Positions 18,246 to 28,585 of a stretch of 64,000 bases of DNA are shown one piece after another (positions within the stretch are counted from its first letter, which is position 1; each line of letters begins with the position of its first letter). The position numbers and the translations under genes were made by a program. Source of the stretch: Myxococcota bacterium. GTDB taxonomy: Bacteria > Myxococcota_A > UBA796 > UBA2385. The notes under the pieces were generated by a model. It worked only from the letters and a program-made list of their open reading frames with translations, was not told the origin of the DNA and made no database searches. The stretch covers positions 64,001 to 128,000 of the forward strand of contig JBIJDH010000021.1 in NCBI GenBank assembly GCA_044344255.1, in the 5' to 3' direction.

Positions 18246-19418
18246 ATGGGCGCTGAGCAGAGCGGGACGGAGCAGGGCGGGATGGTCGGCGCCGGCGCGC
18301 CGCTCGCCGGGGTCAGGGTGTTGGACTTCAGCCGCGTGCTGAGCGGCCCCTACGCGACCATGAGCCTCGCAGACCTCGGCGCCGACGTCGTCAAGGTGGA
18401 GGAGCCCGGCGCGGGCGATGACACCCGCGCCTTCGGGCCCCCCTTCGTGGAGGGGGTGAGCACATACTTCCTGAGTATCAATCGAGGGAAGCGCTCCATC
18501 ACCCTCAACCTGAAGGACCCCGCCCACCGCGAGCGGGCCCGGGCCCTGGCCGCGGTCGCCGATGTGGTGATCGAGAACTTCCGGCCGGGGGTGATGGACC
18601 GCCTCGGCCTCGGCGCCGCGTCCCTCCTGGAGGCGAACCCGCGCCTCGTCTTCTGCAGCATCTCGGGCTTCGGTCGGGCGCTCGACCGCCCGGGCTACGA
18701 CCTCATGGTGCAGGGCTTATCGGGCATCCCCACGCTGACCGGGCCGAGCGAGGGCCCACCGAACAAGTGCGGGGCCTCGATCGCGGACCTCGTGAGCGGA
18801 CTCAACGCGGTCCAGGGCATCCTCGCCGCGCTCTACCGCCGGGAGCACACCGGCCGCGGCGGCGTCGTCGACGTCTCGATGCTCGACGGGCAGCGCTCCC
18901 TGCTCACCTACCACGCGAGCGCCTGGCTGAACGGGGGCAAGCTCCCGGGTCGCATCGGCAACGCGCACCCGAGCATCCACCCCTTCTGCACCTACGAGGC
19001 CGAGGACGGCCACATCAACGTCTGCGTGGGCAACGACGGCCTCTGGCGGGCCTTCTGTGGGGTGCTCGGGCAGGCCGACTGGGTGACCGACCCCCGCTTC
19101 GCGACCAACCGCGCCCGGGTGGTGAACCGCGCGGAGCTGGACGCCGCCCTGGCGCCGCTCTTTCGGGGGCGCAGCGTCGCCGGGTGGCGGGCCGCGCTCG
19201 ACGCCGCCGGGGTGCCGAACGGCCCGATGGCCACGGTGGCCGAGGCCTTGGAGGACGCCGCCCTGGTCAGCCATCCTCACCCCGAGGGCGGGCCGCCGGT
19301 GCGCAGCCTGCCGCTGCCCTATGCCATCGACGGAGCGCCGCGGGCCGCCGCGCGGGGGGCGCCTCGCCTCGGCGAGCACAACGATGAGGTCGAAGAAGAC
19401 TGGCTCGGGGCGGGCTGA
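18246..19418 (+). CDS. CoA transferase family III (CaiB/BaiF)
   Basis: PLAGVRVLDFSRVLSGP, LGADVVKVE, NRGKRS, ENFRPG, GYD. Confidence 0.95.
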   Translation: MGAEQSGTEQGGMVGAGAPLAGVRVLDFSRVLSGPYATMSLADLGADVVKVEEPGAGDDTRAFGPPFVEGVSTYFLSINRGKRSITLNLKDPAHRERARALAAVADVVIENFRPGVMDRLGLGAASLLEANPRLVFCSISGFGRALDRPGYDLMVQGLSGIPTLTGPSEGPPNKCGASIADLVSGLNAVQGILAALYRREHTGRGGVVDVSMLDGQRSLLTYHASAWLNGGKLPGRIGNAHPSIHPFCTYEAEDGHINVCVGNDGLWRAFCGVLGQADWVTDPRFATNRARVVNRAELDAALAPLFRGRSVAGWRAALDAAGVPNGPMATVAEALEDAALVSHPHPEGGPPVRSLPLPYAIDGAPRAAARGAPRLGEHNDEVEEDWLGAG

Positions 19419-19424
19419 GCCCCG

Positions 19425-20504
19425 GTGATCAAGTACATCGGCTCGAAGCGGCTCCTCGTGCCGCTCATCGTCGAGGTGGCGCGGGAGCTCCCGGGCACCC
19501 GCTCGGCCCTCGACCTCTTCAGCGGAACCTCGCGGGTGGGCATCGCCTTGAAGGCGGAGGGGCTGCGGGTCATCGCCAATGACCACAACGCCTACGCCGC
19601 CACCCTGGCCCGCTGCTACATCGCCGCCGACCGGGAGACCTGGGCGGAGCCGGCGGCCCGCCTGATCGCCGAGCTCGACGCGCTCCCCGGCCGCGCGGGC
19701 TGGTTCACCGAGACCTACTGTGTGGAGAGCCGCTTCTTTCAGCCCGAGAACGGCGCCCGCGTCGATCGGATCCGCGACACGATCCAGGGGCTCTCGCTGC
19801 CGCCGCCCCTCGAGGCCATCGCCCTCACCTCGCTGCTCGAGGCCGCCGACCGCGTGGACTCCACCACCGGGGTGCAGATGGCCTACCTGAAGCAGTGGGC
19901 GCCGCGGGCCTACAAGCCGCTCCAGCTCCGGCTGCCCGAGCTCTCGCCCCGCGCCCCGCACGGCCCGGGGGAGGCCTGGGAGCGGGACGCGGTCGAGTGC
20001 GCCGGCGAGGCGGAGGTGGACATCGCCTACGTGGATCCCCCGTACAACCAGCACAAGTACCTCGGCAACTACCACATCTGGGAGTCGCTCGTGCGCTGGG
20101 ATCGCCCCGAGGTCTACGGCGTGGCGCGTAAGCGAGCCGACTGCCGCCTCCGCCAGAGCGCCTTCAACAGCCGGCCCGGCATCCGCGCGGCGATGGCGGC
20201 GATCATCGGGAAGCTGCGCGCCCGCCACATCCTCGTGTCGTTCAACAACGAGGGCTACATCAGCCGCGCCGAGATGGAGGCCCTGCTCCGCGTGCGGGGG
20301 ACGGTCCGCGTCATCGAGCGAGACTTCAAGCGCTATGTGGGGGCGCAGATCGGGATCTACAGCCCTCAGGGTCAACGGGTCGGTGAGGTCGGGGCCCTCA
20401 CCAACAAGGAGTACCTCTTCCTCGTCAGCCCTGAGGGTGCAGGTTCAGCCGACGCGGCTCAGCCGCCGACGCCGGGCTCTACGGCGGCCACACCCGCCTT
20501 GTAG
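19425..20504 (+). CDS. DNA adenine methyltransferase (D12/FokI-like class), apparently orphan
   Basis: KYIGSK, DLFSGT (motif I), YVDPPYN (motif IV). Confidence 0.9.
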   Translation: MIKYIGSKRLLVPLIVEVARELPGTRSALDLFSGTSRVGIALKAEGLRVIANDHNAYAATLARCYIAADRETWAEPAARLIAELDALPGRAGWFTETYCVESRFFQPENGARVDRIRDTIQGLSLPPPLEAIALTSLLEAADRVDSTTGVQMAYLKQWAPRAYKPLQLRLPELSPRAPHGPGEAWERDAVECAGEAEVDIAYVDPPYNQHKYLGNYHIWESLVRWDRPEVYGVARKRADCRLRQSAFNSRPGIRAAMAAIIGKLRARHILVSFNNEGYISRAEMEALLRVRGTVRVIERDFKRYVGAQIGIYSPQGQRVGEVGALTNKEYLFLVSPEGAGSADAAQPPTPGSTAATPAL

Positions 20505-20959
20505 GTCTCGTAGATGTAGACCTTCACGGGCAGGTCGCCGAGGTGGTGCGCGATGAGGGGCTTGACCTCGGCCCAATCGAGCGCTCCCACGCCGGTGGCG
20601 AGGCGGGGCAGGGCGACGCTCTTATAGCCCTCGCGCTCGATCTCCAGGCGCAGGGCCCGGAGCGCGTGGTTCACGGAGGAGAGCTTGGCCTTGCCGCCGT
20701 GGCCGGCGTGCCCGTGGGCGTCGGAGGGCTCCTGGGTGAAGACGGAGAGCACGGTGCGGGCGCCCGGGCCACCCCAGCTCCAGAGCCCGCCCACCACGGC
20801 CTTGTGGGCGTGGCAGTAATGACGGAACTCCTTGTAGAGGGCCGGCCACTGGTTGCGCATCGCGAGCGCGAGGCCTTGATCGAAATTGTCGTAGGGGGCG
20901 ACCCCATGGGCGATGGCGTCGGCCTTGCTGAGGAGGATGTCGCCGGTGACGTCGTGCAT
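20459..20959 (-). CDS. Macro domain (ADP-ribose binding/hydrolase) protein
   Basis: GDILLS, GLALAMRNQWP, SVALPRLATGVGALDW; AAGGA RBS; alternative start 20977. Confidence 0.85.
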   Translation of the reverse strand: MHDVTGDILLSKADAIAHGVAPYDNFDQGLALAMRNQWPALYKEFRHYCHAHKAVVGGLWSWGGPGARTVLSVFTQEPSDAHGHAGHGGKAKLSSVNHALRALRLEIEREGYKSVALPRLATGVGALDWAEVKPLIAHHLGDLPVKVYIYETYKAGVAAVEPGVGG

Positions 20960-21090
20960 GTGGGTGTGTTCCTTCATCGAGATGGGCTTTTTCGCACAGT
21001 CGCCGGGCGCCTGAGGTGCTCGGTGGGGCGAGAACGACGGTTGAACCTTTGAAAATCCGGCGTGCTCGCTTTACTGTGTGGGGCTGAGGC

Positions 21091-21105
21091 GCAACAACCG
21101 TGCCA
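21091..21105 (-). promoter_or_regulatory. Sigma54 -24/-12 promoter for the macro domain gene
   Basis: Minus strand TGGCACG-GTTG-TTGC. Confidence 0.75.
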
Positions 21106-21166
21106 CGGTCTGTCCACGGGCGACGGCGAGCCCCAAGGCGGGTAGAGCGCGGGCCGGGGGGCGTGG

Positions 21167-22423
21167 ATGCGCGAGCTCGACATCGGCGTGATCGGCTGCG
21201 GCACGGCGGGCCCCGCGGCCGCCCTCTTCCTCGCCCGGCGGGGGCACAGGGTCACCCTCTACGAGAAGGTGCGCCAGCCCGGCCCGGTCGGGGCGGGCAT
21301 CATGCTCCAGCCCACCGGGCAGCGGGTCCTGGCCGAGCTGGGCCTGCTCCCCGCCATCCTCACCGCGGGGGAGCGGATCGATCGGCTCCGCTGCGAGACC
21401 GTGAGCGGGCGCGGGCTCGTCGACATCGCCTACGCCCACGTCGACCCTCGCCTCTTCGGCCTCGGCCTGCACCGCGGCGTCCTCTTTCAGGCGCTCTACG
21501 ACGCCGTCCGGGCCGAGCCGCGCATCGTGCTGAAGCTCGGGATCGAGGGCCGGGACTTGAGCCGGCGCGAGGGGCACCGCGCGATCATCGACGTCCACGG
21601 CCAGGCGCACGGTGAGCACCAGCTCATCGTCGTCTCCGATGGGGCCCACTCCCAGTTTCGGGATGACACCCCGCTCCCGCAGCGGGTGCGCCCCTACCCT
21701 TGGGGTGCGCTGTGGTTCGTCGCGCGGGACCCGGAGCGGCGCTTCACCGGTCGGCTCCATCAGGTCGTGCGCGGCACCGAGCGCATGCTCGGCCTCCTGC
21801 CCACGGGAGAGGGCCCCCGGGGGGAGGGGCGGGTGGTGAGCCTGTTCTGGAGCATCGCTGGCCGCGCGGTGGAGGACTTCCGTCGGGGCGACCTCGAGGC
21901 CTGGAAGGCGGAGCTCCGCGCCATGAACCCGGCGGTCGCGCCCGTGCTCGAGCAGATCCACACCCCCGACGACCTCCTCTACGCCTCCTACAAGGACGTC
22001 GAGATGCGCCGCTGGAACACCGATGACGTCGTCTACATCGGCGACTCCGCCCACGCGATGAGCCCCCAGCTCGGCCAGGGGGCCAACCTCGCGCTGATGG
22101 ACGCCTCCGCCCTCGCGGCTGCGCTGGGCGCCGAGCCGAGCGTGGCGGCGGCCCTCCGGCGGTACAGCCGGGAGCGGAGGGATCATCTTCGTTTCTACGG
22201 CTTCATGACCCGCTGGCTCACGCCCTTCTTTCAGTCCGACCTTCGTCCGCTCGGCCCGCTGCGCGACCTCGCCCTGCCGCTCGGGCGGTGGCTGCCGGGC
22301 ATCACCGGCCAGATGGTGCGGACCATGGCCGGCCTGAAACGCGGCTTCTTCTTGCCGTCTATGCGGCCGGATCGGCTGCTGGACCTCCACCCCGAGGCGG
22401 GGCTGCGGGCCCCACGGACCTGA
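21167..22423 (+). CDS. FAD-dependent monooxygenase/oxidoreductase
   Basis: IGCGTAG, DGAHS, GDSAHAMSPQLGQGAN. Confidence 0.9.
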   Translation: MRELDIGVIGCGTAGPAAALFLARRGHRVTLYEKVRQPGPVGAGIMLQPTGQRVLAELGLLPAILTAGERIDRLRCETVSGRGLVDIAYAHVDPRLFGLGLHRGVLFQALYDAVRAEPRIVLKLGIEGRDLSRREGHRAIIDVHGQAHGEHQLIVVSDGAHSQFRDDTPLPQRVRPYPWGALWFVARDPERRFTGRLHQVVRGTERMLGLLPTGEGPRGEGRVVSLFWSIAGRAVEDFRRGDLEAWKAELRAMNPAVAPVLEQIHTPDDLLYASYKDVEMRRWNTDDVVYIGDSAHAMSPQLGQGANLALMDASALAAALGAEPSVAAALRRYSRERRDHLRFYGFMTRWLTPFFQSDLRPLGPLRDLALPLGRWLPGITGQMVRTMAGLKRGFFLPSMRPDRLLDLHPEAGLRAPRT

Positions 22424-22456
22424 GCGGTCCCCGAGGACCTGGGGCAGGGCTCCGGC

Positions 22457-22975
22457 TCAGCGGTCCATCAGCCGCTGGGCCTCCAGCACCTCGTAGACCG
22501 CGCGGAGCTGCTCGGGGGTGAAGGCGCGCTTCCACGGGGGCATGTCGGTGCCGGGCACCCCCTCTTCGATGAGGCGGAGCTGGGCGGCGTCGGAGAAGTA
22601 GGTGGCGCCCTCACCTTCGACGAGGTTGACCGGCGGGGGCCGCAGGCTCGCGGCGCGGGGGCCGTCGCCGGCGCCGCTCAGGCCGTGGCAGGCCGCGCAG
22701 CTCTTGGCCCAGATCTCCGCCGCGGCGGCCCGCGAGGCGGGGTCAGCCGGTGGGAGGGGGGCGTCGTAGGCGGGGCCCATGGTTCGTCTCAGGTCCTCGC
22801 GGAGGGCCGCCCAGCGCTGCTCCCGGGGCGCCGCGGGCGCGGGTTGGGCGCAGCCGCCCAGCGGCAGGAGGAGCGCGAAGAGAGACACGACGAGGGGCAC
22901 GAGGAGGGGCGCGAGGAGCCCCCCGCGGCGGGCGGCGGGGCTCAGGGGCCGGCGGGGGTGCTGCGGATCGACCAC
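22457..22975 (-). CDS. c-type cytochrome lipoprotein
   Basis: Lipobox LGGC; CAACHG heme motif; GTDMP axial Met. Confidence 0.85.
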   Translation of the reverse strand: MVDPQHPRRPLSPAARRGGLLAPLLVPLVVSLFALLLPLGGCAQPAPAAPREQRWAALREDLRRTMGPAYDAPLPPADPASRAAAAEIWAKSCAACHGLSGAGDGPRAASLRPPPVNLVEGEGATYFSDAAQLRLIEEGVPGTDMPPWKRAFTPEQLRAVYEVLEAQRLMDR

Positions 22976-24585
22976 GTGCTGCTGTCGCTCCAGTCGAGGG
23001 CCGCGCCCTGATCGGCGAGGCCGGTGGCCGGGCCCCAGGCGAGGGGGGCTTGTCCGGTGAGGGCCTCTCGTAGCGCGATCCGGAGGTACGAGAAGCGGCC
23101 GTCGCCGAGGGCGCAGCCGTCCTCGACGTCGCTGCCCGCCACCTCGAGGGTGTCTGTGTCCGGGGTGAGCCGCCCGCGCTGGTTGTGGGTGTCGGCGGTG
23201 ACGGCGACGCCGGCGGGGATGAGGTTGCCCACCTCGCAGGGGGTGTCGTCGATGGCGATCGTGTAGGCGACCGGCGGCAGGAGGAGGGCGCCGCTGTGGA
23301 CGTCGGTGAGCGCGACGGTGTCATCGGAGACCGCGTGCAGCGTCACCGAGACCGCGGCGCCGGCCCCGTCGTCGGTCCAGGTGCGGCTGCTGGGCAGGCG
23401 GCCGGGCAGGCGAGCGGTCATCTGGGCGCCGAGGAGGCGGTCGTGGAGCGCATGATCGACGGCGTCGGGGTTGAGCTCGGGGGCCGCCGGGGCGAGGTAG
23501 GGGAGCGTCGCCCCGAGGCTGCCGCTGTACCGGAGGACGATGCCGGCGCTGTCGGCGGCGCTCTCGCGGGAGAGCGTGGCGCCATCGAGCTCGTGGCCGA
23601 GGGCGAGCTCCAGCCACGCGGCCCAGAGGAGGGTCGCGGCCTCGATCTCCGGCGGCACCGCCGTGAGGTAGGCGAGCTCGGCGGTGGCCGTGGCCTCGAC
23701 CATGTCGGTGCAGATCGGGCCCTCGCCGTCCCACTCCACGGTCCAGGCGTGGTCGTCGGAGAGGGCGAGGTCGAGGTCGAGGCTCTGTCCGCGGACGCCG
23801 CCCACGCCGGGGCTGAGGGTGGCCACGAGGCGGCCGGTGCGGGGGGTGGTGTAGACCCCCTGGAGCTCGACCTCCCAGAGGATGCGCGTGTCGTCGAGCA
23901 CGACGTCGATGAGGCCGCCGCTGGTGTCGAGGGAGACCTGGGCGTCGATCGACCAGGCGCCAGTCGCCACGAGCGCCTCGGGCACCAGCTCGCACTCGGT
24001 GCCCGTCGGGCAGACCTCGCAGTCCGCGGCGGTGAGGTGGAGGCCGGGCTCGGGGCCGAGCGCGCGTCCGGCGAGGATCGGCGGCAGGTAGGCGGCCACT
24101 TGCTCGAGGCCGAGCGGCCCCAGGCTCGACTGGAGGCCGCCCTGGACGGGATCTTCGCCGGCCTCGGCCAGCCCGAGCTGCACCGTGACGGCGGCCTCAC
24201 GCCCCGAGGTGTCGGCGCCGTGGAGGGTGAGGATGCGCCAGGGCTCGCCTTCGAGGGAGAGGCCAACGGAGAAGGCCCCGTCGGCGTCGACCGAGACGGG
24301 CTCGAGATCGGCGTAGAGGCCGGCGAGGTTCTCCACGCCCTCGACGCGGCCGGTGACCGTGACCACGCCCGAGCTGCCGTAGGTGGCCGGGCGGTCTGGC
24401 AGGATGACGATCGGGCCGCCGTAGCCGCCGTCTGCGCCGTCTCCGGCGCCGCTGTCCTCCTCGCCTGTGCCGACGGGGCGGGACTTCTCGGTGCCTGGGT
24501 TGCCACAGCTGGCGAGCCCCGCCGCCACGAGCAGCGCGCCGAGGCAGCTCAGGCTCGCGCAGGAAGGGGGTTGGATCTGGGACAT
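22942..24585 (-). CDS. Hypothetical lipoprotein
   Basis: LASC lipobox, acidic linker, native codon usage. Confidence 0.65.
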   Translation of the reverse strand: MSQIQPPSCASLSCLGALLVAAGLASCGNPGTEKSRPVGTGEEDSGAGDGADGGYGGPIVILPDRPATYGSSGVVTVTGRVEGVENLAGLYADLEPVSVDADGAFSVGLSLEGEPWRILTLHGADTSGREAAVTVQLGLAEAGEDPVQGGLQSSLGPLGLEQVAAYLPPILAGRALGPEPGLHLTAADCEVCPTGTECELVPEALVATGAWSIDAQVSLDTSGGLIDVVLDDTRILWEVELQGVYTTPRTGRLVATLSPGVGGVRGQSLDLDLALSDDHAWTVEWDGEGPICTDMVEATATAELAYLTAVPPEIEAATLLWAAWLELALGHELDGATLSRESAADSAGIVLRYSGSLGATLPYLAPAAPELNPDAVDHALHDRLLGAQMTARLPGRLPSSRTWTDDGAGAAVSVTLHAVSDDTVALTDVHSGALLLPPVAYTIAIDDTPCEVGNLIPAGVAVTADTHNQRGRLTPDTDTLEVAGSDVEDGCALGDGRFSYLRIALREALTGQAPLAWGPATGLADQGAALDWSDSSTWSIRSTPAGP

Positions 24586-24716
24586 CGGGCCTCCGGGGCT
24601 CCCTCCCTCCCTATCCGCACCTCCGCGGGCTGGGTGGCGGGACGTCGAGCTTTGGCGTACAGTGCCGGGGGTTGTCCGGGAGGGCCGCCTGCGCACCCGA
24701 ATTGTCGCTGGAGGAG

Positions 24717-25355
<639 letters not shown>

Positions 25356-25396
25356 GGCACGGGTGGGCCGCCCGCCGAGCGCGGCCCCGACCGTGT

Positions 25397-26419
25397 TCAG
25401 ACCCCGTGGCAGAGCCCAGCGGGCAGGTGCCCGGTGAGCAGACAGTGGAGGTGATCCACACAGGCGAGGATCACCGCCACCGCCGTCGCTCCCATCAGCC
25501 GGCGAAAGGTACGCCGAACCGCGCTCGGCTCGGGCGCCGCCGCGGCGAGGCACCATGGGAGGAGGAGCAGCGCCGGTAGCGTGAGGCGGGGCACGTATTC
25601 GACGAAGGCCAGCCCGCTGTAGAGCAGCGCCGAGAACCCGAAGCTGAGCCGGGCGGCGTGGACGCAGGCTCGCGCGCCGTGGGTGACCACGAGGGTCCGG
25701 TACCCCCGCGCGCGGTCCTCGGCCTCCTGGAAGGACTGCGCGAGGAACGTGAGCCCGAGCAGCCCGAAGGCCAGGACCAGCCCCATCACCGGGGTGCGCG
25801 GCTGGTAGGGCCAGCCCACGATGATGAAGCCGGCGAGCGGCGTGAGCAGCCCGTAGCCCACGAAGTTGACGAGCGGACCGAGGAGGGGGTGGCCCTTCCA
25901 GGCGGTGCGGGGGTGCGAGTAGAACAAGGCCAGCAGCGCGTTGCCGGCGGCCGCGGTCGCCGCGACCGGGTGGACGCAGAGCGCCAGGAGGGGGGCGATC
26001 GCGAGCGCGACGAGGCCGGCGGTCGTGGCCTCCTTCGGCACCGGCACCGAGCGACCGAAGAGCACGGGGCCGTCGTCCTGATCGAGGGCGGCGTTGAGCC
26101 AGAGGGATCCTGCGTGGAGGGCGGCCCAGGCGCCCAGCAGCAGCACGAAGCCGCCGGGGGCCTTGAGGTCGAGGCCGCCGCACCAGTGCGCCCAGGCGTA
26201 GCCGAGGCCGAGCAGGATCCAGAGCCAGGGCAACATCCGCGGCCGGGCGAGCGTCATCAGGCGCCGCGCCTTGTCCTGGGCGGAGCCGGGTTCGGGGCCC
26301 GGCGCGGCGGGGCGGGGGGCGGGCTTGGTCAGGGTCAGGGTGGCTCCGACGCGGAGCTTATCCGCCCTGGAGGACGGGTCGCGGCGCTCACCCTGTCCGG
26401 GCTGGGCGACGGTGTACAC
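25397..26419 (-). CDS. UbiA-family prenyltransferase (start uncertain)
   Basis: LARP, NAALDQDD, YSHPR..WK..P, EDRARGYRTLVV..G; multiple TM helices. Confidence 0.8.
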   Translation of the reverse strand: MYTVAQPGQGERRDPSSRADKLRVGATLTLTKPAPRPAAPGPEPGSAQDKARRLMTLARPRMLPWLWILLGLGYAWAHWCGGLDLKAPGGFVLLLGAWAALHAGSLWLNAALDQDDGPVLFGRSVPVPKEATTAGLVALAIAPLLALCVHPVAATAAAGNALLALFYSHPRTAWKGHPLLGPLVNFVGYGLLTPLAGFIIVGWPYQPRTPVMGLVLAFGLLGLTFLAQSFQEAEDRARGYRTLVVTHGARACVHAARLSFGFSALLYSGLAFVEYVPRLTLPALLLLPWCLAAAAPEPSAVRRTFRRLMGATAVAVILACVDHLHCLLTGHLPAGLCHGV

Positions 26420-26571
26420 TCCGTTCTACACCCCCCTCCCCGGAGAGGGGCCTCCCCGCTATGCGGGCGGGCCAGGTCCCCCTTGGCACCCTCCTTGCTC
26501 GGTGGGTCGTGTTCCGTCCGATCGATGTCTCGGGACCCCTCACCGCTGGAGGGGCCCGCGCTGGAGGCGCC

Positions 26572-27195
26572 TTGGGAACCCTGTCGCTCGCCCTGCTCTC
26601 GCTGCTGAAGATCGCCGCTGCGCAGGACGAGGCCCTCTACGCCGCCGCCCCGCCGCCGGGCTCGGCCTTCGTGCGGGTCGTGGCCACCACCCGGCAGGGG
26701 TCCGTGAAGCTGGGCGCGACCGACCTCGGCGCTCTCGCCCCCGGCGGCGCCTCTGCCTACCGGCCCCGCCCCGCTGGCTCGGGGCCGGTGGTCTCCGGCG
26801 CGCTGCAGTGCAACTACACTGCCGAGGCGGGCCAGTATTACACCGTGGTGCTCCCGGCGGCGGGCAGCTCGACCACCTGCACCACCCTGCACGATCCGGC
26901 GCCCCCGAGCCGCTCCAAGGCCGGCCTCGTCCTCTACAACCTGAGCCGGTCCGGGCCCCTCACCCTCGAGACCGCCGACGGCGCCGTGAAGGTGATCGAG
27001 GCCCTCGGCGCGGGCGCCCTCGCCGACCGCGCGGTCAACGCGCTGCCGGTGACGCTGCGGGTCTCCCGGCCCCAGGGGCCGCCTCTCCCCCTCCCCGAGC
27101 TCTCCCTGCGTCGCGGCGGGGTGTGGAGCGTCTTCGTGCGGGAGGAGGGCAACGGGCTCTCGGTCTCCGTCGTCGAAAACACCACCGGCGCCTGA
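26572..27195 (+). CDS. algF: AlgF-like O-acetylation accessory protein
   Basis: Signal peptide then LYAAAPPPGSAFVRVV, GQYYTVV, KAGLVLYNLS; TTG start after GGAGG; directly upstream of the MBOAT gene. Confidence 0.7.
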   Translation: MGTLSLALLSLLKIAAAQDEALYAAAPPPGSAFVRVVATTRQGSVKLGATDLGALAPGGASAYRPRPAGSGPVVSGALQCNYTAEAGQYYTVVLPAAGSSTTCTTLHDPAPPSRSKAGLVLYNLSRSGPLTLETADGAVKVIEALGAGALADRAVNALPVTLRVSRPQGPPLPLPELSLRRGGVWSVFVREEGNGLSVSVVENTTGA

Positions 27196-27196
27196 C

Positions 27197-28579
27197 GTGG
27201 TCTTCTCCTCTTCGATCTTTCTCTTTGTATTTCTCCCGCTCTTTCTGTCTGTCTACTATGTCGTCCCAGCGCGGCTGCGCACCCTCGTCATCCTGCTGGG
27301 CTCCTACGTCTTCTTCGGCTGGTGGCGGTACGACTTCCTCTTCCTTCTCATCGGGGTCACCACCTGGAGCTGGGCCTGGAGCCACGCCGTCGCCCGCGCC
27401 CCGTCGCCGGCCTTGAAGCGGCTCGCGCTCACCATCGGCGTGGTGGGTGACCTCGGCGTGCTGGCCGGCTTCAAGTACACCTCCTTCGTGATGGGTAACC
27501 TCGCCGGGCTGGCGGTCACCCTCGGCCTCGAGCCCCCGCCGGTGCCGTCGGTGTTGCTGCCCGTAGGGATCTCCTTCTACACCTTTCAGGCGCTGAGCTA
27601 CCTCGTCGACGTCTATCGGGGAGACGCGGTGGCGGAGCGGAGTCCGCTCAACTTCTCTGCCTTTATCGTTGTGTTTCCGCAGCTCATCGCCGGGCCGGTG
27701 CTCCGCTACAAAGACGTGGCCGATCAGTTCCACTCCCGGCCGCACAGCTTCGCCCTCTTCAGCGAGGGGGCTGAGCGCTTCATGCTCGGCTTCTGCATGA
27801 AGGTCCTGGTGGCCGATCCCATCGCCCCGCTCGTCACCACCCTCTTCGAGCGGAGCGCACCGACCCTCGCCGAGAGCTGGCTGGGCGTCACCGCCTACAC
27901 GGTACAGCTCTACTTTGACTTCGCGGGCTACAGCCACATGGCGGTGGGCCTCGGCCTCCTCATCGGCTTCCGGTTCATGGAGAACTTCGATCAGCCCTAC
28001 ATCTCCAGCAGCATCACCGAGTTCTGGCGCCGCTGGCACATCTCCCTGTCCACCTGGCTCCGCGACTATCTGTACGTGCCGCTCGGCGGGAATCGACGCG
28101 GAGAGCGGAGGACCTACCTGAACTTGATGGCGACGATGGTGCTCGGCGGCCTCTGGCACGGCGCCGCCTGGACCTTCCTCGCCTGGGGCCTCTGGCACGG
28201 GGTGTGGCTGAGCTTGGAGCGGCATAACCGCCACCGGCTCCCCACCGGGCCGCTGGCCGTCGCCCGCACGATGCTGGTGGTGATGGTGGGTTGGGTGCTC
28301 TTTCGTTCGACAGACCTCCCCTCCGCGGGCCGCTTCTTCGCCGGGATGGTGGGGCTCCATGGCGTTGGCCTGAGCGGGGACGTCGCCTGGCGGATCGCCC
28401 CGCTCTCCGTGGTGATGGTGCTCGTCGGCCTGGCTGTGGTTTATGTCCCGGGGCGGGTCCGGCTGGAGCGGCTCCCGCTGGCCCGCTTCGTGCCGGTCCT
28501 GGTCTCGCTCGGCTTCGTCGTCGCGGTGCTGCGCCTGACCGCGATGAGCCACTCCCCCTTCCTGTATTTTCAGTTCTGA
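27197..28579 (+). CDS. algI: MBOAT O-acetyltransferase AlgI-like
   Basis: MVFSSSIFLFVFLP, LPVGISFYTFQ, FPQLIAGP, DFAGYS, ENFDQPY, FWRRWHISLSTW, GLWHGA, PFLYFQF. Confidence 0.92.
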   Translation: MVFSSSIFLFVFLPLFLSVYYVVPARLRTLVILLGSYVFFGWWRYDFLFLLIGVTTWSWAWSHAVARAPSPALKRLALTIGVVGDLGVLAGFKYTSFVMGNLAGLAVTLGLEPPPVPSVLLPVGISFYTFQALSYLVDVYRGDAVAERSPLNFSAFIVVFPQLIAGPVLRYKDVADQFHSRPHSFALFSEGAERFMLGFCMKVLVADPIAPLVTTLFERSAPTLAESWLGVTAYTVQLYFDFAGYSHMAVGLGLLIGFRFMENFDQPYISSSITEFWRRWHISLSTWLRDYLYVPLGGNRRGERRTYLNLMATMVLGGLWHGAAWTFLAWGLWHGVWLSLERHNRHRLPTGPLAVARTMLVVMVGWVLFRSTDLPSAGRFFAGMVGLHGVGLSGDVAWRIAPLSVVMVLVGLAVVYVPGRVRLERLPLARFVPVLVSLGFVVAVLRLTAMSHSPFLYFQF

Positions 28580-28585
28580 GCCGGG

